This document shows, piece after piece, positions 18,515-28,851 of a DNA stretch of 55,119 nt. Each line of letters opens with the position of its first letter. Position 1 is the first letter of the stretch. The position numbers and the translations under genes are program-made. Origin of the DNA: an uncultured Caldilineales bacterium (lineage in GTDB: Bacteria > Chloroflexota > Anaerolineae > J102); assembly GCA_964535455.1 (NCBI GenBank), contig CAZHTZ010000002.1, positions 1 through 55,119 of the forward strand, given 5' to 3'. The notes beneath the pieces are model-generated. The model worked only from the letters and a program-made list of their open reading frames with translations, did not search any database and was not told the origin of the DNA.

Positions 18515-19815
18515 ATGCCGACCGTCGCCCTCGAGATCGCCATTATCCTCGCCCTCATCGCCCTCAATGGCATGCTTGCCATGTCCGAGATCGCCGTCGT
18601 CTCGGCCCGGCGAGCCCGCCTGCGGGAGAAGGCCTCGACGGGCAGCCGCGGCGCCAGAAGTGCACTGGCATTGGCGGAGAACCCCGGCCCTTTTCTATCT
18701 ACCGTGCAGGTCGGTATCACTCTCGTCGGCATTCTGACCGGCGCACTAGGCGGGGCCACACTGGCTTCTGAGCTGGCGCTGCTCTTTGCAGGTAACCCCG
18801 CTCTGGCGCCCTATGCCGAGGCCCTCTCCATCGTCGTCGTCGTCGCTGCAATCACCTTCCTCTCCCTTGTTCTGGGTGAGCTGGCGCCCAAGCGCATCGG
18901 TCTGGGCCATGCCGAGGCCGTCGCGGTGCGCGTCGCCCCCATCATGCAGCGTTTGGCGCGGCTTGGCTCCCCCCTTGTGCGGCTCCTCACCTTCTCCAGC
19001 GATGTGGTCCTACGTCTCCTTCGTATTCGACCCTCCGAAGAGCCTTCCGTCACCGATGAAGAAGTCAAGACCATGGTCAGACAGGGTGCGGTTGAAGGCG
19101 TTTTCGAGCCCGTCGAGGGCGACATGGTCTCGCGCCTCTTCCGCTTGAGCGACCAGCGCGCCTACGACCTCATGACCCCGAGGGTCGAGATCACCTGGCT
19201 CGATCTCGACGAGTCAGGCGCCGATCACGCTCTCACCTTGCTCAGAACAGGCCATACACAGTACCCGGTGGCGCACGGCCAGCTCGATCACGTGGCCGGC
19301 GTGGTGCGCTCTCGCGACCTCCTGGCGCAGTGCCTGAGCGGTGAGCCGCTGGACATCGCCGCGGCGCTCCTGCCCCCGCTTCTGATCCCTGAATCGGTGC
19401 CGGCCCTCGACCTGCTGCAGCACATGCGTCGCGAACAGACCGGGATGGCGCTTGTGATCGACGAGTACGGCGGCATCGAGGGGATGGTGACGCTGACCGA
19501 CCTGCTGGAGGCCCTGGTCGGGGACATCGCCACCCAGGAGACCGGCCCAGACGCCATCGTCCGTCGTGGGGACGGAAGCTGGCTGGTCGATGGCCGGATC
19601 ACCGTCGACGATCTGAAGGAACTTCTGGAACGCCGTAAGCTGCCCGAAGAGGATGAGCGACGCTACACTACCGTTGCCGGGTTCATGCTGGCCATGTTGG
19701 GGCGGGTTCCGGCCACGGGAGAGTCCTTCAGTTGGGAAGGCTATCGCTTCGAAGTCGTGGACATGGACGGGGTGAGAGTCGATCGAGTCTTGATCACGCC
19801 ACCCCCTCCTGCGGT

Positions 19816-19819
<4 letters not shown>
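18515..19819 (+). CDS. Hemolysin-family / CNNM protein (DUF21 - CBS pair - CorC_HlyC)
   Basis: N-terminal membrane domain with ...[19 protein letters not shown]..., a central CBS region, and a C-terminal ...[19 protein letters not shown] transporter-associated domain. Confidence 0.85.
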
Positions 19820-21681
<1,862 letters not shown>

Positions 21682-21691
21682 GGGTTGCCTA

Positions 21692-21737
21692 TCTGAAAAA
21701 CGGAAAAACAAAGACCTCGGCAAACGGCCCGAGGTCT
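21692..21737 (-). terminator. Intrinsic-terminator-like hairpin immediately upstream of typA
   Basis: On the minus strand: AGACCTCGG (8-nt loop) CCGAGGTCT followed by TTGTTTTTCCGTTTTT. It ends about 10 nt before the typA ATG. Confidence 0.6.
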
Positions 21738-21809
21738 CTTGCAACCCCCATTCTAGCGAAGAAACCTGTAGGACACAAACCGGCTCCTTTGTTTGAAAAC
21801 AACCGGCCG

Positions 21810-22589
21810 CTACGGGCGATCCTCTCCTTCTATTCGGCTGCCGGGTAACCACTCGTAACCGAACGCTGTCATCAAGGCCGGATCAAGGTAGCGGTTGATG
21901 AAGTCGATAGAGCGAGTCGTCAAATTCGCCTTCCAGCGTTCATACAAGTAGGTGTCCTGGTACGACTGGAAGTCTCTTCCGGCCTCCCCCTTTGTCGACG
22001 ACGTGACGTTCCGGAAGGGCCCATCGTGCATTGCCAGATCGCAGGCTGCGGTTGCCCCTCGCAGTGTGGCCTCCGGATCGGCCAGCAGGTCCTCGTACTT
22101 CAGGTTGGCGCAGGGTGCGTCGCCGCCTGCCAGGGCCAGATACGAGGCATTCTTGACGTTCCACAAGGCCACTGGGTGCGGAAAAACCCCGGTGTGACGC
22201 TCGCGGCCCACCGTTTGCCACGGCGTCTCCAGGAACGCCTCGAACGTTGGCTCCGTCCCTTGCTGGTGATAGGGGTTGCGGTGCAGTGAGAGCAACCATG
22301 AATAGGGGTTCTTGGTCAGTGTAATGACGGCCAGCCGCTTGGCCCACGCCCCCTTGCGCTCCAGCACCTGCGGCGATGGCGCCACCGCGTGCTTCCAACC
22401 CAGGTTGCGCGACCACGTGAGCCGGAAGTAAACATCGCGCCACCCCTCTCCCTCGCCGAGCAGCCGGCGCAGCCACGGCGGCGTGGAACCCGGCAGCACC
22501 GTTGCGTCCAGGTTCAGGGCGGCGAGCCGCTCGAGGTAGTTCGTACCGGTGTTGCGCTCACCGTAGAGCTTGAGGAGGGTCCGGGTCAT
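21810..22589 (-). CDS. Sulfotransferase-like protein (tentative)
   Basis: ATG at 22589 ([22 protein letters not shown]...). GERNTGTNY resembles the PAPS 5'-phosphosulfate loop. [12 protein letters not shown] resembles the 3'-phosphate motif. Assigned by pattern only. Confidence 0.4.
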   Translation of the reverse strand: MTRTLLKLYGERNTGTNYLERLAALNLDATVLPGSTPPWLRRLLGEGEGWRDVYFRLTWSRNLGWKHAVAPSPQVLERKGAWAKRLAVITLTKNPYSWLLSLHRNPYHQQGTEPTFEAFLETPWQTVGRERHTGVFPHPVALWNVKNASYLALAGGDAPCANLKYEDLLADPEATLRGATAACDLAMHDGPFRNVTSSTKGEAGRDFQSYQDTYLYERWKANLTTRSIDFINRYLDPALMTAFGYEWLPGSRIEGEDRP

Positions 22590-22608
22590 GGCCCACGCTG
22601 CGGGCGGT

Positions 22609-24543
22609 TCAGTCCTGGCCCCAGGTCGCCGCAAGGACGCTTAAGGAAAGAAGACGATCCGCCGGCACATCTCGCAGTTCCTGCCGTTGGCCATCGGGCC
22701 AGCGCACGACCAGGCTGTCGACGACTGCGGCAGGCCCCAGGCCAAAGTAAAGACGGTAGTGCCCCTGCGAGAAGTGGCTGCCGTCGGCCCAACCAGTGCC
22801 CTGCAACTGCTGGCCTTGAGGGGTCGTGAGGGTCACGGTGGCGCCCACCGCCTCGCGATTGCCGGGCGGCCCCGTCAAGACAATTTCGAGCCAGTGGTTG
22901 TCGTTGGCGACAGTGTTCCGGTAGTAGTGCGTGCTCCAGTTTCCACCTTCATCTTGCCCTGTGATCTGGTGTGAAGTGATGGTCTGTAATGAACTGATGA
23001 CATCGCGACGACCGTCGTTGTCGGCATCGAACCAGAGACTGCGCACCTGGCGGGCCGGCGTCACCGCCTCTTCGGCAAAGGACTGCTCCAGAACAAAGCG
23101 ACCGGGCGCCGCCTGCCGGTACAAACCCTGGGGGGGGACGTGCAGGTCGAGCCGGCCATCGTTGTCATAGTCGACCCAGTTGGCGGTGAGCCCCGCCGCA
23201 GGAAGGCCCACATCCGCCAGCCGGACGGCGGCGAACCCGTCGCCGGTGTTGTGGTAGAGGGCGTTCTCAGCCCCAGACGCCGCGAACACGTCCGGCTTTC
23301 CGTCGCCGTCGTAGTCACCGACGGCGAGCTTCTGCACCCAGGGTTGCGCGTCTGCCACCGCCTGGCGCTCGAAGCTATTGCCAGCGTTGCGGTACACGGC
23401 CACCCCATCGGTCCCTGACCAGAACAGGTCGGTCTGGCCATCGCCGTCGGCATCGAACCAGGCAAAGACGCCGTCGGCAGCGATAGCGACACCCAACGCG
23501 GCTGCCTTCTCCACAAAGCGGCCATCTTCCTGGCGGATCCAAAGCTGGTTGGGCGCTTCCCTCGCGCACGTGATGTAGACATCCAGCCGGTTGTCGGCGT
23601 TCACATCCGCCAGACCCACCTGCCGGGCCGGGCACCCCTGCTTGCTCAAGCCCAGATCGGACGCAGCCGCACGGCGGAAGCTGCCGTCTGCCTGGAAGAA
23701 CACCTCGTCGCCAGCCGTCGCTTCCTCCTGGCTGGCGGCCAGACCCAGATTGGCGCCGCGAACGACCAGGAGGTCCGGGCGACCGTCGCCGTCGAGGTCG
23801 GTCCAGGCCAACCCGTGGCGATCCTTGAGCCGCAGCGGGAATACTCTGCCGGCCGGGCTCAGGCGATCCCGGCCCACAAACACCCGCTGCAGGTCGGTAG
23901 GGGCGGCCAGCGTGACCGTGATCGGGGAGCCGACGCGCGGCGCCGGCTGCGGCTCGACGATGAGGTCACCCTGCCCGTTCGCCCTGAAGTCGAGCAGGGT
24001 GCGGTCGAGGCCGTCGCCGCCAGTGAGCGTCTGCGTGACGACCTCGAACCCGCTGATGGCAGTGACGGTGATGGGGGTCAGGAACTCGATTTGGCCGCGG
24101 AAAGTGTCATCCGCAACCGGCTTCTGGGCGTGCAACACCAACTGCGAATCGCGCCAGAAGACGTAAAGACCATCGGTCTCGAAGTCGGGCTGTTCGGCGG
24201 AGTCCTCAAGCCCTGGAAAGTCGGGCGACTGGCTGAGTCCCCAGGAAACCAGGTTGTTAGGACCAAAGCCGCCGTGACCGTCTCCAAGCAGAAAGCTCTG
24301 TCTGGCACTGTGATTCGAGGTCACCAGATCAAGCGCACCATCGCCGTCGATGTCGGTCGTTACCAGGTCGAAAAGGTGAAAGTCATCCAGAGTCAGGTCG
24401 CGGGCTGCGAAGGGGACGGCAGTTGCCGGCGGCTCGGGCTGGACACGGTATAGGATCAGGCCGAGGAAGATCGCCGTGAGCACGACGATCAGCGACGCAC
24501 CCACGATCAGCGCCGGCCGGTTATTGTTTGCGCCCATGCCCAT
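22609..24543 (-). CDS. CRTAC1-family protein (FG-GAP/VCBS repeats plus an ASPIC/UnbV C-terminal domain), membrane anchored
   Basis: N-terminal TM helix. Repeated ...DxDGDGxxDL... FG-GAP motifs. The C-terminus WLEIVLTGPPGNREAVGATVTL...YFGLG...VVRWPDG is ASPIC/UnbV-like. Confidence 0.75.
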   Translation of the reverse strand: MGMGANNNRPALIVGASLIVVLTAIFLGLILYRVQPEPPATAVPFAARDLTLDDFHLFDLVTTDIDGDGALDLVTSNHSARQSFLLGDGHGGFGPNNLVSWGLSQSPDFPGLEDSAEQPDFETDGLYVFWRDSQLVLHAQKPVADDTFRGQIEFLTPITVTAISGFEVVTQTLTGGDGLDRTLLDFRANGQGDLIVEPQPAPRVGSPITVTLAAPTDLQRVFVGRDRLSPAGRVFPLRLKDRHGLAWTDLDGDGRPDLLVVRGANLGLAASQEEATAGDEVFFQADGSFRRAAASDLGLSKQGCPARQVGLADVNADNRLDVYITCAREAPNQLWIRQEDGRFVEKAAALGVAIAADGVFAWFDADGDGQTDLFWSGTDGVAVYRNAGNSFERQAVADAQPWVQKLAVGDYDGDGKPDVFAASGAENALYHNTGDGFAAVRLADVGLPAAGLTANWVDYDNDGRLDLHVPPQGLYRQAAPGRFVLEQSFAEEAVTPARQVRSLWFDADNDGRRDVISSLQTITSHQITGQDEGGNWSTHYYRNTVANDNHWLEIVLTGPPGNREAVGATVTLTTPQGQQLQGTGWADGSHFSQGHYRLYFGLGPAAVVDSLVVRWPDGQRQELRDVPADRLLSLSVLAATWGQD

Positions 24544-24861
24544 CGACCTTTTAGAAGCTGTTTGACAAGTGAAGGCTGGCGGTCAGCTGGTGGTATAGGT
24601 TGCGGTTGTGAACACTCAACTGTACCCCACTTCAAACAGCTTCTTAGCTCCTGGTCCAGTTTTCGGGGCCAACTATAAGGATAGCTACGACGGGCCGCAC
24701 CCCAGGCGCAGTGTGTCCCACAAAGATACGAGACTACGTGAAACGCACGCATCATGGAAGAAGAAGGTAACAGCAGCAAGAACACAAGGCTGTGATAGGA
24801 TGGTGGTAGCAACGATCCGGCGCGTCCATATTCTCCATTCCACATGATCTGAGGAGGAAGT

Positions 24862-25044
24862 ATGTCATCACAGCATTCAGACAAAGGTCCATGCAGGAAC
24901 TGCAATGGTAATGGTCAGACCGCCTGCAAGAACTGCGGAGGAACCGGGCGCCTGAGTAGCGATCCAAAGTATCAGTGTGCCTACTGCAAGGGCAGTGGAC
25001 GGCAGACGTGTCTTTACTGCAAAGGAAGCGGCAGACAACAATAG
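24862..25044 (+). CDS. Small stand-alone DnaJ-type cysteine-rich zinc-finger protein (4 x CxxCxGxG)
   Basis: GAGGAGGA lies 4 nt before the ATG. The four repeats are CRNCNGNG, CKNCGGTG, CAYCKGSG and CLYCKGSG within 60 aa. Confidence 0.6.
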   Translation: MSSQHSDKGPCRNCNGNGQTACKNCGGTGRLSSDPKYQCAYCKGSGRQTCLYCKGSGRQQ

Positions 25045-25141
25045 CTGGGCGCTTGGCTGCGTTGTCAAGACCACGTCCGCAAGGTTACTTGTACGGGCCG
25101 GACTACTTACCTTCATACGTGACGTCATCGACGTCAGGCAA

Positions 25142-27310
25142 CTACCGAAACCGGCGGCCGGATGTCGCTGTCGCGTCCGCCTTCGACCCATTCGATGTCT
25201 CCAGCCAACCCACCAGGCCCTTGACATCGAACAGCCGCTCGGCGAGAAAACGGGCTTCCAGGCTACTGGGCAGGAGGGGTTGGAATTTGCTGAGCCGACC
25301 GCGTGGTAGGGTTTCGACCAAGCGGGCGACGCGGTCCGGTGAGAAGAAATCGGGGTCTCGGACCTGATCGAGGGCCTGACGGAGACCAGTCTTATCGATG
25401 ATCGTGCCAGACGCTGGCTTGATGGTGAGCGACAGTCCATCGCCGCTGACCTCGCAGGCCAGAACAAGGGCCAGGGCGCGCCCCAAGAGGAGGTTGATGC
25501 GGTCGCCAGCGAAGGTGAACAGGGTCCACTCGCGATCGGTCTTACGAAATGATAGGTCAGGTTCGGCGACGATGTCACGCCACGTTCGGCGCAGTGCCTC
25601 CAGGCGCGCATGGGCTCGATTGGTCAAGAACGGGTAGCGGTCTTCAGACCGAAGGACCGAGCGCATTTCGCTTGCCACCTCGCGGCCGAGAATTCCACCT
25701 CCGCCGCCCCATCTCGGCACTGCCCCCTTGGGAGCGGGAATGGCCATGATCTGGGCCTGTTCCAGATCCACAGATTGGGCTTGCCAAGCGCGACCCGCCA
25801 GCACAAATACGAAACCGTGTTCACCGCCGATTTGTTGTACAAACCAGGCCTCCAAGGTGCCGATCACGCGCCGATCGGGTCCGATGACGGTGATCTCTTC
25901 TGGGGTCTCGAACACGGAGTAGAGGTCAAGGAAGTTCTTGCGGCCGAACCGCTTCTCGCCCTCGCTGCCAAGCACAAACAGCCCGTCGGCTCGTGCCAAC
26001 ACGCCGATACCCGTCAGGTGGTTCAAGAGATCGTCCATTTCGGTGACGGAGATGCCGGCGAAAGGCCGGGCGGTCTCGGCGATCTCGAGCACTTGGCTCC
26101 GGCGGACCCCATAGAACTGCAATGCCTGTGCCAGCACCTGATGGGCAAGCACGTGCACGGCGTAGCTGCTAGGAGCGATCGGTTCAATCCATCCCCGCCG
26201 GGCCAGATTGACGAGCGCCACTGCCCGCAGCAGAGCCATCTCATCGCCACAGAAGAAGTTCATTTCTGCCTGCGCACCCGGCCGGCGACCTGTGCGTCCG
26301 AGACGCTGCATGAAGGAAGAAACTGTCCCGGGCGCGTCCAGTTGCAGGACCGCATCAAGATCGCCAATGTCGATGCCCAGCTCCAGGGTGCTGGTACAGA
26401 CGATGCACTGGCTCCCGCCGCTCTGCGAAAACGCCTCTTCAGCTTCCTCGCGCAGTTCGCGACCGACCGAGGAATGATGCACAAACGTCATAGCGGTCTC
26501 CGCACCCAGGGCTTGTTTGACGCCTTCTGCCAGTCGCCGACCCTCGACGAAAAAGAGGGTCTTGCGACCGCGAGCCAGCGGCGCCACCTGCCGCGCCAGT
26601 TCAGCTTCGTCGTCGTGGACATCAATGCGAATCAAGCGCGAAACGGGCTGACCGGGGGGGTCGACCACCACAGACTGGCGGCGGCTGGAACCCTGCATCC
26701 AGCGGCCAATGACCGCCGGATCACCCACAGTGGCCGAGAGGCCGATACGCTGCACATCATAAGGCGAATAGCGCTGCAGTCGTTCCAGAACAGCCATGAG
26801 ATGGGCGCCGCGGTCGCCGGCGGCAAAGTTGTGGACCTCGTCGATAACTGCAAAGCGAAGGCCCGCGAACAGTCGCTCCTTGTCGATCTTCGATGAGATG
26901 AGCATCACTTCCAGAGATTCGGGGGTGATAAGGAGGACGTGGGTAGGGTCAGCCAGAAAGGCCTTGCGCGCTGACTGGCCGACGTCACCATGCCACTTGA
27001 ATGCCGAGGCTCCGACCAGGCCTGCGAGCCGGATGAGTCGTGGCTCCTGATTGTTGAGCAGCGCCCGCAATGGCGAGACGTACAAAGCCGTGACAGGGGC
27101 GAGCTGGTCACGATAGAGGATGTCGAGGATGGGGAAGAATGCCGCTTCGGTCTTACCACCCGCTGTGGGGGCCAGGACGACGGAATTGTGTCCAGCCAAG
27201 ACGGAGTGAATCGTCTCCTCCTGAACGGGACGCAGCGATGACCAGCCCAGCGTGTGGGTAATCCCATCGCGCAGACGAGGGTTCAGGCGAAAGAAGGCAT
27301 CCTGAGGCAT
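25142..27310 (-). CDS. brxHI: Lhr-like DEAD/DEAH-box helicase (BrxHI-like)
   Basis: LRPVQEETIHSVLAGHNSVVLAPTAGGKTEAAFFPIL is the Walker A region, VIDEVH is the DEAH-type box, and TSTLELGIDIG and QRLGRTGRR are helicase motifs V and VI. The ATG overlaps the stop of the preceding BrxD-like gene (TAATG). Confidence 0.8.
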   Translation of the reverse strand: MPQDAFFRLNPRLRDGITHTLGWSSLRPVQEETIHSVLAGHNSVVLAPTAGGKTEAAFFPILDILYRDQLAPVTALYVSPLRALLNNQEPRLIRLAGLVGASAFKWHGDVGQSARKAFLADPTHVLLITPESLEVMLISSKIDKERLFAGLRFAVIDEVHNFAAGDRGAHLMAVLERLQRYSPYDVQRIGLSATVGDPAVIGRWMQGSSRRQSVVVDPPGQPVSRLIRIDVHDDEAELARQVAPLARGRKTLFFVEGRRLAEGVKQALGAETAMTFVHHSSVGRELREEAEEAFSQSGGSQCIVCTSTLELGIDIGDLDAVLQLDAPGTVSSFMQRLGRTGRRPGAQAEMNFFCGDEMALLRAVALVNLARRGWIEPIAPSSYAVHVLAHQVLAQALQFYGVRRSQVLEIAETARPFAGISVTEMDDLLNHLTGIGVLARADGLFVLGSEGEKRFGRKNFLDLYSVFETPEEITVIGPDRRVIGTLEAWFVQQIGGEHGFVFVLAGRAWQAQSVDLEQAQIMAIPAPKGAVPRWGGGGGILGREVASEMRSVLRSEDRYPFLTNRAHARLEALRRTWRDIVAEPDLSFRKTDREWTLFTFAGDRINLLLGRALALVLACEVSGDGLSLTIKPASGTIIDKTGLRQALDQVRDPDFFSPDRVARLVETLPRGRLSKFQPLLPSSLEARFLAERLFDVKGLVGWLETSNGSKADATATSGRRFR

Positions 27311-28638
27311 TAGAATGAGAGGGGTTCGATGGTCTCCTGCTCGGCAGGTGCGAGTTCGGCCGCCGTGTCGCGATCGAACTCGTACTCCGCATTCGGATCA
27401 TAGGCCGGGTGCAGGCGCACTTTGTCCAATACGTTCACGAAATCACGCAGGAATTGCCTTGGCACCACATCGACGCGGCCTCCGAACTTGCTAGTGACCT
27501 CAGCGATCATGAACTGGATCGTGGCAGGGCTGACCCTCACTCGATCCACCGGCGTGTAAGCGACATCGTAAATGCGAAGCACTTTCTCAGCTGCAGCCAG
27601 GAGTTTCGTGACATCGAACTTGGGGAGAACGATCTGCGGCAACTCCGGATTGGGAAAGGGATCATCCGGATTGGCCAGCCTGATACGGTCGTGCAGCGGG
27701 GGTAGGGACGGTACACCCTGGCGGTCCTCGAAGAAGCCGGGCGTACCGGTGAAGAGCAGGTAGGTGAACGGGAAGCTCCCGTGATCGACGGCGTCGACAA
27801 GTTGGCGAAGAGTACCGAGACTCTGCTCGCGTTGAGGTCCACGCAAGCGCTGTATGGTCTCTACCTCGTCGAACGCGATCACTAGGCCTGTGAAGCCTCC
27901 CTTGCGTGCGATCAGGTTAATGGCTCGCAAGAAATCCAGCGCCACGGCGTTGTCGATCTCACCGCGGATATTGACCTGGCGCTTCACCTGGGCGCTGATC
28001 TGCTGCTCCCCGGAGAGCCATCCTAACAAGGCCTGGGCAGTGGCATAATCGCCGGCCACCTGGGCGCGATAGTAGCCGCGAATGACGGCGCTGAAAGCAG
28101 AATGGATGAGCGCTACCTCACCTAGCTCGCTCTCGACCTGGGTCTCAACCCGGTCGGCCAATTCAGTGTCATCCTCCGCATACCCATCCAGTTCGATGGC
28201 TTTCTCTTCAATCCCGTAGAGCCAACGGTCGAGCAGCGCCTTGAGCGCGCCCTCGGCCTGACCGCGTGTGCGCAGGTTCGTGATGATGCGGTGGTAGATT
28301 GCTTCGAGCTTGTACAGGGGGGTGTCGGTGGACACGACCACATAGCTGACGACAAATCCCTGTGTCAATGCCTCCTCCAGAGCCAGTGCGCTGAGGAAGG
28401 TCTTTCCGGCGCCGTAAGCGCCGCGAACGAATTTGAAGTCTCCCCGGCCAGTGGCAACATGCCGAAGCTGCTCGGAGATCGTCTGCACTTCCCGGTCCAG
28501 GCCCACTGCCAGGTAGTCCAGGCCAGACTGGGGCACCGTGCCCCGGCGCAAGGCATTGATGATGTCGCGCGCAGTCGGCTGCGAAAGGCGGCGATAGTCA
28601 GATTTCAACTCGTGTTCCATCCCCAGGTCGGCGGTCAC
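27310..28638 (-). CDS. brxD: BrxD-like ATPase (DUF2791-like)
   Basis: GTG start at 28638 preceded by AGGAGG. ...ARDIINALRRGTVPQSGLDYLAVGLDREV...FKFVRGAYGAGKTFLS... matches the N-terminal logic and P-loop of BREX BrxD as I recall it. It sits between the pglZ and helicase genes. Confidence 0.75.
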   Translation of the reverse strand: MTADLGMEHELKSDYRRLSQPTARDIINALRRGTVPQSGLDYLAVGLDREVQTISEQLRHVATGRGDFKFVRGAYGAGKTFLSALALEEALTQGFVVSYVVVSTDTPLYKLEAIYHRIITNLRTRGQAEGALKALLDRWLYGIEEKAIELDGYAEDDTELADRVETQVESELGEVALIHSAFSAVIRGYYRAQVAGDYATAQALLGWLSGEQQISAQVKRQVNIRGEIDNAVALDFLRAINLIARKGGFTGLVIAFDEVETIQRLRGPQREQSLGTLRQLVDAVDHGSFPFTYLLFTGTPGFFEDRQGVPSLPPLHDRIRLANPDDPFPNPELPQIVLPKFDVTKLLAAAEKVLRIYDVAYTPVDRVRVSPATIQFMIAEVTSKFGGRVDVVPRQFLRDFVNVLDKVRLHPAYDPNAEYEFDRDTAAELAPAEQETIEPLSF

Positions 28639-28647
28639 ATGCTCCTC

Positions 28648-28800
28648 CTATGAAGACAGTAGCTCATCGCGAAACCGATAGATGGCGCCGTGCGGCCCGT
28701 TGCCCTTGTCTTCGATGTAATCCAGACCATGGCTGGCCAGTTTCTCCCGCAGGGCCGCCAGTAGACCGGCAATTCGCCGCGTTCCAAGATCACGGCGCAA
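28648..28800 (-). CDS. Possible small winged-helix-like ORF (no canonical ATG/GTG; TTG start assumed) between pglZ and brxD
   Basis: A 67-codon stop-free stretch lies in the pglZ frame directly after the pglZ TAA. It has protein-like composition: ARLLQALAHRGEASEDELRRDLGTRRIAGLLAALREKLASHGLDYIEDKGNGPHGAIYRFRDELLSS. Its TAG overlaps the AGGAGG of brxD. Confidence 0.3.
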   Translation of the reverse strand: MRRDLGTRRIAGLLAALREKLASHGLDYIEDKGNGPHGAIYRFRDELLSS

Positions 28801-28851
28801 CTCGTCTTCGCTGGCCTCGCCGCGGTGCGCAAGTGCCTGCAGCAGGCGCGC

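Noticed and set aside
21682-21852. 57-codon N-terminal extension of typA (ORF 19816..21852)
   Set aside because: It would read through the terminator hairpin and overlap the end of the sulfotransferase-like gene. The canonical BipA N-terminus ([23 protein letters not shown]) starts at 21681.
23130-23137. G8 homopolymer inside the CRTAC1-like gene as a phase-variation switch
   Set aside because: It is a single tract in a high-GC genome with no supporting evidence (no frame-shifted relic, no contingency-locus context). I note it only as something read-level data could address.
24562-24599. TTGACA ... TATAGG promoter-like pair upstream of the small zinc-finger gene
   Set aside because: The spacer is 26 nt, far outside the 16-19-nt range for a sigma-70-type promoter.
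25120-25136. TGACGTC atc GACGTCA hairpin between the convergent zinc-finger and helicase genes as a terminator
   Set aside because: The stem is only 7 bp with a 3-nt loop and has no flanking T- or A-run on either strand. This is too weak to call.
28635-28832. 65-aa ORF from the track between pglZ and brxD (MRTAARPAKTSCAV...)
   Set aside because: Its W/R/C-rich composition looks off-frame. A different frame of the same segment, in phase with pglZ, gives a much more protein-like translation and is reported as a finding instead.
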